Shown here piece after piece: positions 7,021 through 15,376 of a stretch of DNA of 64,000 nt. The translations under genes were made by a program, and so were the position numbers. Position 1 is the first letter of the stretch; each line of letters starts with the position of its first letter. Source of the stretch: a virus; the IMG/VR virus record IMGVR_UViG_3300037963_003542. One strand, written 5' to 3'. The notes under the pieces are model-generated. The model saw nothing but the letters and a program-made list of their open reading frames with translations, had not been told where the DNA came from and ran no database searches.

Positions 7021-7098
7021 GACAAGTGTCACAAGGTTGGCAGCGATCCTGCTGACCCTGTGCCTATAATGACTTCAGTTCAACCAACACACAACACC
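7012..7098 (+). promoter_or_regulatory. early promoter/stem-loop cassette C7
   Basis: GACCAGT-N6-AGTGTCACA; hairpin CAGC-gatcct-GCTG; TGTGCCTATAATGACTTCAGTTC. Confidence 0.8.
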
Positions 7099-7425
7099 AT
7101 GCGTAAGATCGAATCCCTGATGAACCGCGCCATCGCCGCTGGCAAGGATTGGAAGAATGCCAACACTGAAGTGATCAACGCCGATGGCGTCTCCTCTGTG
7201 TACCTGCATGGCAACCTCATCGCTGAGATCACCGACGACGCTATGAAGATTTTTGATGGCGGTTGGCAGTCCAACACCACCAAGTCGCGTCTGAATGCCC
7301 TGCTGTCTGCCTTCGGTCATCATGGCGAGTGCGTCTATCAGTCCGACTGGACATGGTACATCCGCCTGTGGACTGGTGACGACTACGCTACCACAGAATT
7401 CCGTTCTGGTATGCGCCTGGCATAG
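7099..7425 (+). CDS. conserved phage hypothetical early protein
   Basis: MRKIE..MN.AI....W...NT.V......VYLHGNLIA...FDGGWQSNTTKSRLNALL; the track start at 7060 lies inside the promoter. Confidence 0.8.
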   Translation: MRKIESLMNRAIAAGKDWKNANTEVINADGVSSVYLHGNLIAEITDDAMKIFDGGWQSNTTKSRLNALLSAFGHHGECVYQSDWTWYIRLWTGDDYATTEFRSGMRLA

Positions 7426-7491
7426 TGTCACACTGGGGGGAGTGATCCCCCCTCTCTTGTGCCTATAATGACTTCAGTTCCAAAAAACCTC
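7423..7491 (+). promoter_or_regulatory. early promoter/stem-loop cassette C8
   Basis: AGTGTCACA; hairpin GGGGGG-agtgat-CCCCCC; TGTGCCTATAATGACTTCAGTTC identical to C7. Confidence 0.8.
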
Positions 7492-7716
7492 ATGCTTAAC
7501 GTCTCCTGCATCAGCCCCAGCGTCTCCCGCTCGGTCTGGACTCTCAAGGTCAATCCCCTGACTGGCACGTTCAAAGTTCGCTGGTTCAAGACCCCATCCG
7601 CTGAGTACACCTATAAGACTCGCCGCCGTGATGTGATCGCCCTGCTGATGACGGGCGACCGCTCACTAGGACAATGGGTGAACTATCACACTGGTGCCCG
7701 TCGTCCCCGTCTCTGA
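7492..7716 (+). CDS. hypothetical early protein, KTSC-like
   Basis: S.SV..L.V......F.V.W......Y.Y......L.....SLGQWVN pattern; follows C8. Confidence 0.6.
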   Translation: MLNVSCISPSVSRSVWTLKVNPLTGTFKVRWFKTPSAEYTYKTRRRDVIALLMTGDRSLGQWVNYHTGARRPRL

Positions 7717-7939
7717 TCCTGTAGAATTCTCACAAGCAAACAAAGCGAACCTCATGGCACTCAAAGACTACGGCAACGGCATCATGGCATCCTCTGACGA
7801 TCTCGCTAGCATCGGTGAGTTGTACATGCGCGAGGAGATGGAGCGTCAGAAGCAACGCGCCCTGCTTCGTGCTGCATTCCGCGACGGCAAGGCAGTGGAT
7901 GGACAGTGGGGAAGCTGGAACATCAGTGATCGCCACTGA
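7694..7939 (+). CDS. hypothetical protein (start may be ATG ~7754)
   Basis: ORF track; GC-rich codon usage like its neighbours. Confidence 0.6.
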   Translation: MPVVPVSDPVEFSQANKANLMALKDYGNGIMASSDDLASIGELYMREEMERQKQRALLRAAFRDGKAVDGQWGSWNISDRH

Positions 7940-7984
7940 CCCCTGACCCCTTATAATTTAGAAGAACACCACACAGGACACACC
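7940..7984 (+). promoter_or_regulatory. reduced early cassette C9
   Basis: GACCCCTTATAAT followed by a C/A-rich leader, as in the other cassettes. Confidence 0.55.
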
Positions 7985-8233
7985 ATGAACGGTTGGGCAA
8001 ACTACGAAACCTGGAACGCTTCCCTCTGGATCGGCAACGATGAATTCCTCTACAACACTGCTAAGGCATGTGTCACCTATCGCGAGGGTCTGGAGACGCC
8101 TTGGGATAAGTTCGTTCGCTGCATGACTGATGGCATGATCGGACGCCATCTGGTCACCACTGGTGACGGTGTGCGTTGGGATGACCCCGCCATCGACGCC
8201 GATGAGATGAACGAGATGCTGTGGGAACTGTGA
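7985..8233 (+). CDS. conserved phage early protein (NGW.NYETWN family)
   Basis: MNGWANYETWNASLWIGNDE motif. Confidence 0.8.
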   Translation: MNGWANYETWNASLWIGNDEFLYNTAKACVTYREGLETPWDKFVRCMTDGMIGRHLVTTGDGVRWDDPAIDADEMNEMLWEL

Positions 8234-8277
8234 GGGGTCGCCCCCCTCTGATATAATACCACCAACGACACAACCCC
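8234..8277 (+). promoter_or_regulatory. reduced early cassette C10
   Basis: GAGGGG-tcgc-CCCCTC hairpin, TGATATAAT (extended -10), C/A-rich leader. Confidence 0.55.
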
Positions 8278-8475
8278 ATGATTTACTCCCCCGCCTGCTC
8301 CCTCTATGATCAGTCCATCGTCTGGTCTGGTCGCATGGCAGACCCTGATAATGAGTTTGCCTTCCGCCGTGATCATGGACCTAGCATCGGATCGGATGCT
8401 GTGACCATTGCCGCCATCCACTCCCGCTGCTATGCTCAAGAAGCACTGGACAAGATTCCCACGTTTGAACCATGA
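8278..8475 (+). CDS. hypothetical protein
   Basis: ORF after C10; ATGA overlap with the next gene. Confidence 0.65.
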   Translation: MIYSPACSLYDQSIVWSGRMADPDNEFAFRRDHGPSIGSDAVTIAAIHSRCYAQEALDKIPTFEP

Positions 8476-8657
8476 AGCATCGGAAGTCCCTCACGCTCCT
8501 CATGAAATCTTACGGGTTCACTCTGGAGCGTGAAAGCAAGCACCTAGTCTGGCGGAATGCTCAGAGGGTGATGGTCACCACTAGCAGCACCCCGAGCGAC
8601 ACCAACGCCCTGCGTCAGGTGGAACGCCAGATCCGCCGCAAGTTGGCAGCAGCATAG
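8472..8657 (+). CDS. HicA-like (dsRBD-fold) toxin-family protein, no adjacent HicB
   Basis: 61 aa, basic; GF.L.R..KH..W......V.T.STPSD..A.....R pattern with the conserved His. Confidence 0.6.
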   Translation: MKHRKSLTLLMKSYGFTLERESKHLVWRNAQRVMVTTSSTPSDTNALRQVERQIRRKLAAA

Positions 8658-8665
8658 CACAGTTG

Positions 8666-8700
8666 TCCCGCCCCTTCGGGGGTAGGGGGCGTTGCGCCCT
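8666..8700 (+). terminator. GC-rich hairpins ending the early cluster
   Basis: CCCC-TTCG-GGGG (8671-8682, cUUCGg loop) and GGGCG-ttg-CGCCC; no clear U-tract. Confidence 0.4.
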
Positions 8701-8809
8701 TAATTGAAAAAACCCAAACTACCCTAACCTACAAAGGTTCCCAAACGCCCGAGAGAATCTCTTTCATATAAAAAATTTTCCGCCATAAAAATTCTCCAAA
8801 AAACCCCGA

Positions 8810-9013
8810 TTGCTATATACGGTAGTTTCCGAAACAATTATGGAAAATATTCATCTAGACTTATCAGAGCATGAGATGGATGTCATGTTGAATGCCTTAG
8901 AGGTCGCCATAGAGAACGCTGATGAATATGAGGCGGGCGAGTACGAGGAAGTTCTTTTTGATGTTCAGAGGAAGCTTGACGAGGAGTACGATCTTGGTGT
9001 AGAATCAGACTAG
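8810..9013 (+). CDS. small acidic hypothetical protein (ATG start probably 8839)
   Basis: ORF track. Confidence 0.6.
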   Translation: MLYTVVSETIMENIHLDLSEHEMDVMLNALEVAIENADEYEAGEYEEVLFDVQRKLDEEYDLGVESD

Positions 9014-9026
9014 GCATTCACACATT

Positions 9027-9263
9027 ATGGCATACTTAGTTTACACAAAACAATCCTGCCCATACTGTGAGAACATTAAGAAAGTTCTTGCAGGACTGGG
9101 AGAATCTTATATGGAGGTGAAATTAAATCGCGATTTTACCCGAGAACAATTTACACAGAAATTTGGGTATGGGAGTACATTTCCCCAAGTTCTGAAAGAT
9201 GGTAAGCATATCGGAGGATGTAGCGCGACCATCACAGTATTGAGAAACGAGGGAAGAATCTAA
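9027..9263 (+). CDS. nrdC: glutaredoxin (T4 NrdC-like)
   Basis: CPYC active site, FPQV cis-Pro motif, DGKHIGG. Confidence 0.88.
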   Translation: MAYLVYTKQSCPYCENIKKVLAGLGESYMEVKLNRDFTREQFTQKFGYGSTFPQVLKDGKHIGGCSATITVLRNEGRI

Positions 9264-9460
9264 TGGCAACTAAGAAATGGTATGTGCGTGAGGTAAATTC
9301 TTCGAGGTATGTGAGCGAGCCTTATATTTGGTGGACAGAGAGTGGTTCATTGAACACCTGGACATCTGATAAGGACCGAGCGAAAGCCTGGCGGACTAAG
9401 AAGGAGGCTAGCGCGTTTGTCTCTGAGGTATTACATAGAGGGGAAGTACATGGCGAATGA
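9263..9460 (+). CDS. hypothetical protein
   Basis: TAATG coupling with the glutaredoxin gene. Confidence 0.65.
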   Translation: MATKKWYVREVNSSRYVSEPYIWWTESGSLNTWTSDKDRAKAWRTKKEASAFVSEVLHRGEVHGE

Positions 9461-9653
9461 AGATAAAAATGATAACAGTGAGTATTTTGACTTTGAGGAG
9501 GTACTACAGCGCATAAATAATCTGGAGATTGCTGTAGCACAGTTATTACACCCAGAGCTTAATTATAGGCGACCTGGAGCAGATGAGTATGAAAGACTCA
9601 CTGACACACTGGACTATCTCCATAATAAAGTATCCGAATTAAGTAAACGATGA
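9450..9653 (+). CDS. hypothetical protein (track ORF 9417..9653; likely start MANEDK at ~9450)
   Basis: ORF track; ATGA overlap with the next gene. Confidence 0.6.
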   Translation: MANEDKNDNSEYFDFEEVLQRINNLEIAVAQLLHPELNYRRPGADEYERLTDTLDYLHNKVSELSKR

Positions 9654-10651
9654 GTTATACTGTAGTTTATAGTGATTACAATGGATATCCTGGATCAGAG
9701 GACACCTACGATGGTAGAAGTGCTGTAGAGATTCCGATTCTTCCTGATGTCAATTTATATAATAGTTTCAACTTTGAACTGAAAGCAACCACCGTAAACG
9801 CTCGTGCTTCTACGACTCAAGAGGAAGGAGCAGGAGATTATAGTAGAAGTAATAATTATAGAACAACTGGTTATAGACAAGGTACGAGTACATCTCAACC
9901 ACATGGTGCATATATGGGCACTCATGTTGCGCGAATTCCTACTGCAATGCGTTGGGTTCGCAATAGGGGACCAGAGAATAATGCTATTGCACAGAATGAA
10001 TTAGGTGACTGGTTTACAGAAGATGTATTATCAAAGGCAGATAATAAGGGTGGTGGTGTTACATTTGTAGATAACATTGCACAGTCGGGCACATTTGACT
10101 TTACGTTCAATACAAGTGCCGAGGGCGGTGGAGAAGAAAGGCAGCAAACACATATATTTAATGTACCATATTGGAATACATTGTCCATCAGGGGGGGATA
10201 TAATGCCGCTGTATTCTGTCGAAATGAGTTCGGGTATACTGATGACTATGAAGGCGGCACATATGAGGTCAAGAGTCTATTTGAGTTGCCTGAGAAGTTT
10301 GATAGATTATATAAATTTATTCCCGACCAGCGAGAATTTACAACTCTTGAATTTCAAGTTGAAGTCGATTGGCAAGTTGCTGTAAGTTGGGGAATTTATA
10401 CTAATATTAGTTCATCTAATCAACAGAAAATTTTAAATAGAATGGGATATACCAGTTCAAATCAGACTGGTACTGATACTCATACAATTACCCATGTGGT
10501 AAATAATAGTAATAACGATTGGAATAGAATCCTGAATGAGTTAGTTGAAGAGAGGCAAAGAACTCCCGAAGAAATTAATAAACGTTATGGTCAGACTTTC
10601 CCACAGGAAGCAGAAGACACAGAAATTACTAAACCCGAGAAGATCCAATGA
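9650..10651 (+). CDS. probable virion-associated protein (333 aa)
   Basis: Coupled directly upstream of the PAAR gene; S/T/G/N-rich like structural proteins. Confidence 0.65.
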   Translation: MSYTVVYSDYNGYPGSEDTYDGRSAVEIPILPDVNLYNSFNFELKATTVNARASTTQEEGAGDYSRSNNYRTTGYRQGTSTSQPHGAYMGTHVARIPTAMRWVRNRGPENNAIAQNELGDWFTEDVLSKADNKGGGVTFVDNIAQSGTFDFTFNTSAEGGGEERQQTHIFNVPYWNTLSIRGGYNAAVFCRNEFGYTDDYEGGTYEVKSLFELPEKFDRLYKFIPDQREFTTLEFQVEVDWQVAVSWGIYTNISSSNQQKILNRMGYTSSNQTGTDTHTITHVVNNSNNDWNRILNELVEERQRTPEEINKRYGQTFPQEAEDTEITKPEKIQ

Positions 10652-10953
10652 GAGCAGCAAGTACAATTGGTCACGTTTATCTAAATCGTTGCAACACTCC
10701 TGTGCAAGCAACGGGATCTCCCAATGTGTTTGTAAATAAACTTGCTAAAAGTAAACTTGGTGATGTTACAGCACCATACTTGGAGATTGTTCCTTGTCCT
10801 AAGTGCTGTAAGACACACGTTGCTCCTGTGATTACTGGAGCACCAAAAAACTTTACGAACAAGATTGCATCCGAAAGACTTGGTGATCTTGCCTTAGGTA
10901 TTACTGGAACATTTCCAATCATTGTAGGATCTCCTAACGTCTTCATGTCATGA
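10648..10953 (+). CDS. PAAR-like spike-tip protein (T4 gp5.4 type)
   Basis: Repeated ATGSPNVFVN / ITGAPKNFTN / IVGSPNVF and LGD motifs; Cys/His cluster CPKCCKTH. Confidence 0.85.
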   Translation: MRAASTIGHVYLNRCNTPVQATGSPNVFVNKLAKSKLGDVTAPYLEIVPCPKCCKTHVAPVITGAPKNFTNKIASERLGDLALGITGTFPIIVGSPNVFMS

Positions 10954-13900
10954 GTTCTAAGTCCAATAAGCACACCAAGACTCCTTGGTCGGACATGCCA
11001 AAATATGTGCCTAAGGACAGTCGTGTCGGTTCTGGGCGAATTCATCCTGTCGATTATTATACAGTAACTTCGCAGGATATTGCTACTGCGAGTAGTGGTT
11101 CTGGTAGTTCTGGTTCGGATATTGGTAACCCCGATAACCCACCATCAGGAGGATCTGGTGGGGCAACACCTGGCGCTGTTGAAAATCTTGTCAGTAGTAT
11201 TACATCTGCAATGGTGAATCCTGGTGATATTACCGATGTAGAACCAACATCAGGTCCTGTTCTTCTTAAAGTAACTGCAACGGTTAATATAATTTCTCCT
11301 GCGGGTCTTACATATCAATGGCAAAAGAAAGAATCTGGTGGATCATTCAGTGATATTTCTGGTGCAACAAATAGCGAGTATTCAGTTCCATCAGGATTAA
11401 CTGTTGATAATGACAGTGGTGATTCATATCGTTGTCAGGTATATCATGCAGATGCAGTCACAAGTCCTGTCCTTACCAATGAAGTAAATGTAACACTGAG
11501 TAGAAAAATTACGATTTCTGCTCAACCTGCTTTAGGTATTGTTGTTAAACAAGGAAATACTACAACATTAACTGCGACCGCTACAATTAGTAGTGGAACC
11601 ATGACTTATAAGTGGCAAATAAAACTAAATGGCACATCTACCTTTAGTGATATTGCTAATGCCAGTGGTACAGTTCCAGGTAATGGTGAGGTTTCGTATA
11701 CTACTGGTACACAATCAACTTCAAACAATGGTGATGAATATAGAGTAGTTTTCGCCAATGCCGAAGCAGGAGATATTATTAGTGGTAGAGTTGTAATGGC
11801 AGTCAGTGGTGCTGACTTTAGATTACAACCACCAATTAATGGAATTGAGTTCTGGAATTTTGAAGAACATGGTGCTTTAATTTTTGATCCTAGTAATACT
11901 ACTGATTATACTATTACTTCTCTCGAAGCTGGTAGAAGTAAGTTCAGTGCTCATCTCTGGGGTCAAGGGACATGTGGAGCAAAGGGTGGTTATACAGATG
12001 TAGATCTTCCTGTTGCAGGAGCAGATGTCTTTAAGGTTTACTTGAATGCTGGTGGTGGTTCTGCAGGAACATCAGACTCTGGGCGCTATGCAGAGGCAGG
12101 AGGAGGGTATGCAGGTATCTTTGATACTTCGGTATCTCAATCCAATGCTCTCGCTATTGCAGGCGGTGCTGGAGGTGCTAGTTTGAACACAGCATCTACT
12201 TGTGGTGGTACTCAACAAACAGTATCATATTCTTATTATTATCAATCACCATATCAGAGTACTTGTTATACAACAGTTAATAATAGTGTCCGTAAAAGTG
12301 GCGGTTGGTCTCATTCATATAATAATGCAACCAGAAGTAATAACTATCTAAACTGGTATGGTAATACTGGTGTGATATACAATATTCAACCACCTCTAAG
12401 ATATTATATTATTGGATTTGATAGTCCTATGCCCAGTGGTCAATATATCCTGTCAGTAAGCACTAGTAGTTGTACTGCTGGTGGCGGTGCTTGTCCTGGA
12501 TTTTATCTTGATATGACACAACTAACTAGAACTTCGCAGTGGATGGTTCTTGCATTCCGCAGGAATGATACTAGTGGTAGAAGTTATGTTGCTAGTTGTT
12601 CGTGGACTATTGAATACCAGGATATTCAAACAATTTCATATCCTTGTACAAAGTATACTACTGTTCAAGGCAATTTTAGTCATGTTGGTACTGCACAAGT
12701 TCTTGGAGGTGCAGGAGGAGGTACTACAGGAAGTGATGGATCTAATAGTACATCATCACAAATCTCTGCTAAGGGAGGATATGGTGGTAGTCAGTCATCT
12801 GCTGGTGCAGGGGGTAGCACATCCTCTGGTGGATCAACCAATGGTAGTACTGGCGCTGCACTTCAGGGTGGTGAAGGTGGTGTTAACTCTGGTTCGAGAG
12901 ACTCCGCTGGAGGCGGTGGAGGCGGCGGCGGATATTATGGTGGCGGCGGTGGCGCTGGTGGATATGATGGTTATAATGGAAGTAGCAATAATCCCAACAT
13001 TGGACCACAATCAGGTGGTGGCGGCGGTGCAGGATCTGGTTTTGTTCATTCTAGTGGCACTGGTACTACTGGTGCATTTGGAGGATCTACTCATGCCAAT
13101 CGTGGATCTGCTGGTGAAGAGAAACAAAATTCCAGAGTTGTAATTGAAGCAGCATTCATTGATATAAACACTCAACCAAGATCTGTTGTACGAGCATCAG
13201 GAACAGCAACTTTTGAAGTTAAGGCAGATGTCGTAGGTGTTACTGGACAGACAATTTCATATCAATGGCAAAAGAGAGCATCTGGACAAACTTCGTTCTC
13301 TGATATTAGTGGTGCTACAAGTGCAACTTATACTACGCCATCACTATTAAGTTCTAATAGTGGCGACACTTATCGATGTATCCTTGATAATGAGTATTGC
13401 GCCAGTAAAACTACAGATGAAGTTGTGACATTAATTACATCTAGTGGATCACAAGTATATAATATTACACAGACTGGTGAAACTAGTGTTGAAGTTCCTG
13501 CTAGTGCAACTGGATTTACTTATTGGTTATGGGGTGCTGGTGGACAAGGTGTCGGTGAATGTCCCACAGGAAATTTTAGTGGTGGTAGTGGAGGATATGT
13601 CACAGGAACCGTTACTATACCTAGCAATGCATCAGGTGCTTCATATGACAATGAACAAGTAAAAACTGGTCAGGGTGGTCTAACTCAAAAACCATCTTGT
13701 ACTAGTACTCAAAATGGTTGGTATACTAGAACTGGGGGACCAGAAACTAAGGGTAGTACTGCTGTACGAAAGTTGCAAATTCTTTGGCAAGGATCTTTGG
13801 TATATGATGGTCCATATTCACCAAATGAAGATGGTTATATAATTGTTGGAAACTACGGTTATAAATGGGGAACTTATAGATCCAATAGTGCTTATGGATG

Positions 13901-15338
13901 GAAAACTGATGATACATGTGGAACTGGTTCCAGTGGTCAAGGAGACTATTGTAATAGTTTTGATGTAAAGAGATATGATTATTCACCAGCAACAAGAACT
14001 ATATCAGTATTTGTAGGTGCTACTGGACAGGGATCTCCACAAGGTCAGGCAGGATATGGTGCTGGTCGTGGCGGTCAAAGATCTGAAATTACTTTCAATG
14101 GTCTTTCGGCTATCGTAGGTGGTGGTGGAGGCGCTGGTCAGAATGGACAAGGTGGCGGTGGTGGAGGCACTGGAGGTGGCGGTGCTGGAACAGGTCCAAA
14201 CACTGGTCAAGTTAGTGGTACTTCTGGAAGATCTGGAGGTGGCGCTGGTGGCGGTTCTGGTGTGAATCAAGGTAATCGCGGCGGCGGTGGTGGATCAGGA
14301 GTTTCAGGTGGTGCTGGTGCTGGCGGAGATGGTAATGGTAACTGTACTGGCGGTGGTGGAGCAGGAGGATCAGGTTCTATCTCTCTTGCATACACCAGTG
14401 CTAGTAATGGCAATACAGGAACTGCAGGAGGTGCTGCGCCTGTTCCTGCTTCATTACCTTCAGAGCACGTTAGTGGTCATGGTGGAGCTAGTCAAAATGG
14501 TCTAGCAGTCATTTCAATGACCGTTCCTGGATCATTGGAAATTGTCGGTATTGCTAGCGGAACATCAACAAATATTACTAATCTTTCTAGTACAAATACA
14601 TTGTCGGAACCATCTTTCTTAGTAGCATCTGGATTTGACTATAATGTCACCATAAGACTTCGTGGCAATACTCCTCCTGGTGTTGGTGGTGACGGTGGAT
14701 ATGTTCAGGGAACATTCACTGCAAAGGCAGGACAGTCTTACAGACTTCATTACGACACCAGATATTCTGCTGTATTCTATGGAACATCAGAAACAGCAAA
14801 TAACTGCATTATGCTTGCTGCAGAAGGTGGTTATGAAGGAGTACCTAGAAGTGAACTTTCAGGTGGTGGGCATCCATCAAGACCATCAAATACTCCTGGT
14901 GGTGATGCTGGATATCCTGGTGGTGCTATTGGAAATAATTTGAATACATCCTATGGTGGCACTGGTGGTTCAACTAGTGGATATAGAAGTGGTTCTGGTG
15001 GAAATGGTGGCAGTGCTGGTGGAGATCTTAGTGCTGGTGCTGGAAGCGCAGGTGGATTTTTTAGTGCTGGCGCAGGTGGCAGTGGTATAGATGGCGACGG
15101 TGGTCATGGAGGTTTTGGTTACTACGGCGGCGGAGGCGGCGGTGGTGGATGGGATAATGGTTTTGTTCAGGGTGGTTACTTCGGTGGCGGAGGTGGAGGT
15201 GGATCTTCTTACTTCGGGGGTCTTCCAAGTCCTTCTACTGATCCAAAGAGTCCTGCTGAAGTAACTGTTACAGGAACTTCATATGGAAATGAAACAGGGG
15301 GAGTTCAAATTCAAATCATCAGTGTTGCACAGGCATAA
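10950..15338 (+). CDS. 1462-aa virion protein with Ig-like domains and glycine-rich (polyglycine-II-type) domains; candidate adhesin
   Basis: Three Ig-like repeats (YQWQK...FSDISGAT...Y, YRC); many GGGGG(Y)YGGGGG runs. Confidence 0.75.
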   Translation: MSSKSNKHTKTPWSDMPKYVPKDSRVGSGRIHPVDYYTVTSQDIATASSGSGSSGSDIGNPDNPPSGGSGGATPGAVENLVSSITSAMVNPGDITDVEPTSGPVLLKVTATVNIISPAGLTYQWQKKESGGSFSDISGATNSEYSVPSGLTVDNDSGDSYRCQVYHADAVTSPVLTNEVNVTLSRKITISAQPALGIVVKQGNTTTLTATATISSGTMTYKWQIKLNGTSTFSDIANASGTVPGNGEVSYTTGTQSTSNNGDEYRVVFANAEAGDIISGRVVMAVSGADFRLQPPINGIEFWNFEEHGALIFDPSNTTDYTITSLEAGRSKFSAHLWGQGTCGAKGGYTDVDLPVAGADVFKVYLNAGGGSAGTSDSGRYAEAGGGYAGIFDTSVSQSNALAIAGGAGGASLNTASTCGGTQQTVSYSYYYQSPYQSTCYTTVNNSVRKSGGWSHSYNNATRSNNYLNWYGNTGVIYNIQPPLRYYIIGFDSPMPSGQYILSVSTSSCTAGGGACPGFYLDMTQLTRTSQWMVLAFRRNDTSGRSYVASCSWTIEYQDIQTISYPCTKYTTVQGNFSHVGTAQVLGGAGGGTTGSDGSNSTSSQISAKGGYGGSQSSAGAGGSTSSGGSTNGSTGAALQGGEGGVNSGSRDSAGGGGGGGGYYGGGGGAGGYDGYNGSSNNPNIGPQSGGGGGAGSGFVHSSGTGTTGAFGGSTHANRGSAGEEKQNSRVVIEAAFIDINTQPRSVVRASGTATFEVKADVVGVTGQTISYQWQKRASGQTSFSDISGATSATYTTPSLLSSNSGDTYRCILDNEYCASKTTDEVVTLITSSGSQVYNITQTGETSVEVPASATGFTYWLWGAGGQGVGECPTGNFSGGSGGYVTGTVTIPSNASGASYDNEQVKTGQGGLTQKPSCTSTQNGWYTRTGGPETKGSTAVRKLQILWQGSLVYDGPYSPNEDGYIIVGNYGYKWGTYRSNSAYGWKTDDTCGTGSSGQGDYCNSFDVKRYDYSPATRTISVFVGATGQGSPQGQAGYGAGRGGQRSEITFNGLSAIVGGGGGAGQNGQGGGGGGTGGGGAGTGPNTGQVSGTSGRSGGGAGGGSGVNQGNRGGGGGSGVSGGAGAGGDGNGNCTGGGGAGGSGSISLAYTSASNGNTGTAGGAAPVPASLPSEHVSGHGGASQNGLAVISMTVPGSLEIVGIASGTSTNITNLSSTNTLSEPSFLVASGFDYNVTIRLRGNTPPGVGGDGGYVQGTFTAKAGQSYRLHYDTRYSAVFYGTSETANNCIMLAAEGGYEGVPRSELSGGGHPSRPSNTPGGDAGYPGGAIGNNLNTSYGGTGGSTSGYRSGSGGNGGSAGGDLSAGAGSAGGFFSAGAGGSGIDGDGGHGGFGYYGGGGGGGGWDNGFVQGGYFGGGGGGGSSYFGGLPSPSTDPKSPAEVTVTGTSYGNETGGVQIQIISVAQA

Positions 15339-15353
15339 TTGATGTGATATAAT
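15325..15353 (+). promoter_or_regulatory. sigma70-type promoter with extended -10
   Basis: TTGCAC (15325-15330), 17 nt, TG-n-TATAAT (15348-15353). Confidence 0.6.
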
Positions 15354-15376
15354 ATCAAGGTACATTTGAGGATTTT

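Noticed and set aside
1630-7430. Sigma54 (-24/-12) promoters suggested by TGGCAC
   Set aside because: No TTGC(A/T) at the required N5 spacing; cyanobacteria lack RpoN; canonical TATAAT boxes are present.
809-8277. CRISPR-like or mini-array reading of the repeated motifs
   Set aside because: The repeats are degenerate, separated by whole genes at irregular distances and always upstream of an ATG; they are promoters, and no cas genes are present.
6682-8439. Minus-strand ORFs in the GC-rich early block (6682-7032, 7075-7431, 8077-8439 etc.)
   Set aside because: Antisense to well-supported + strand genes with their own cassettes; expected in high-GC DNA.
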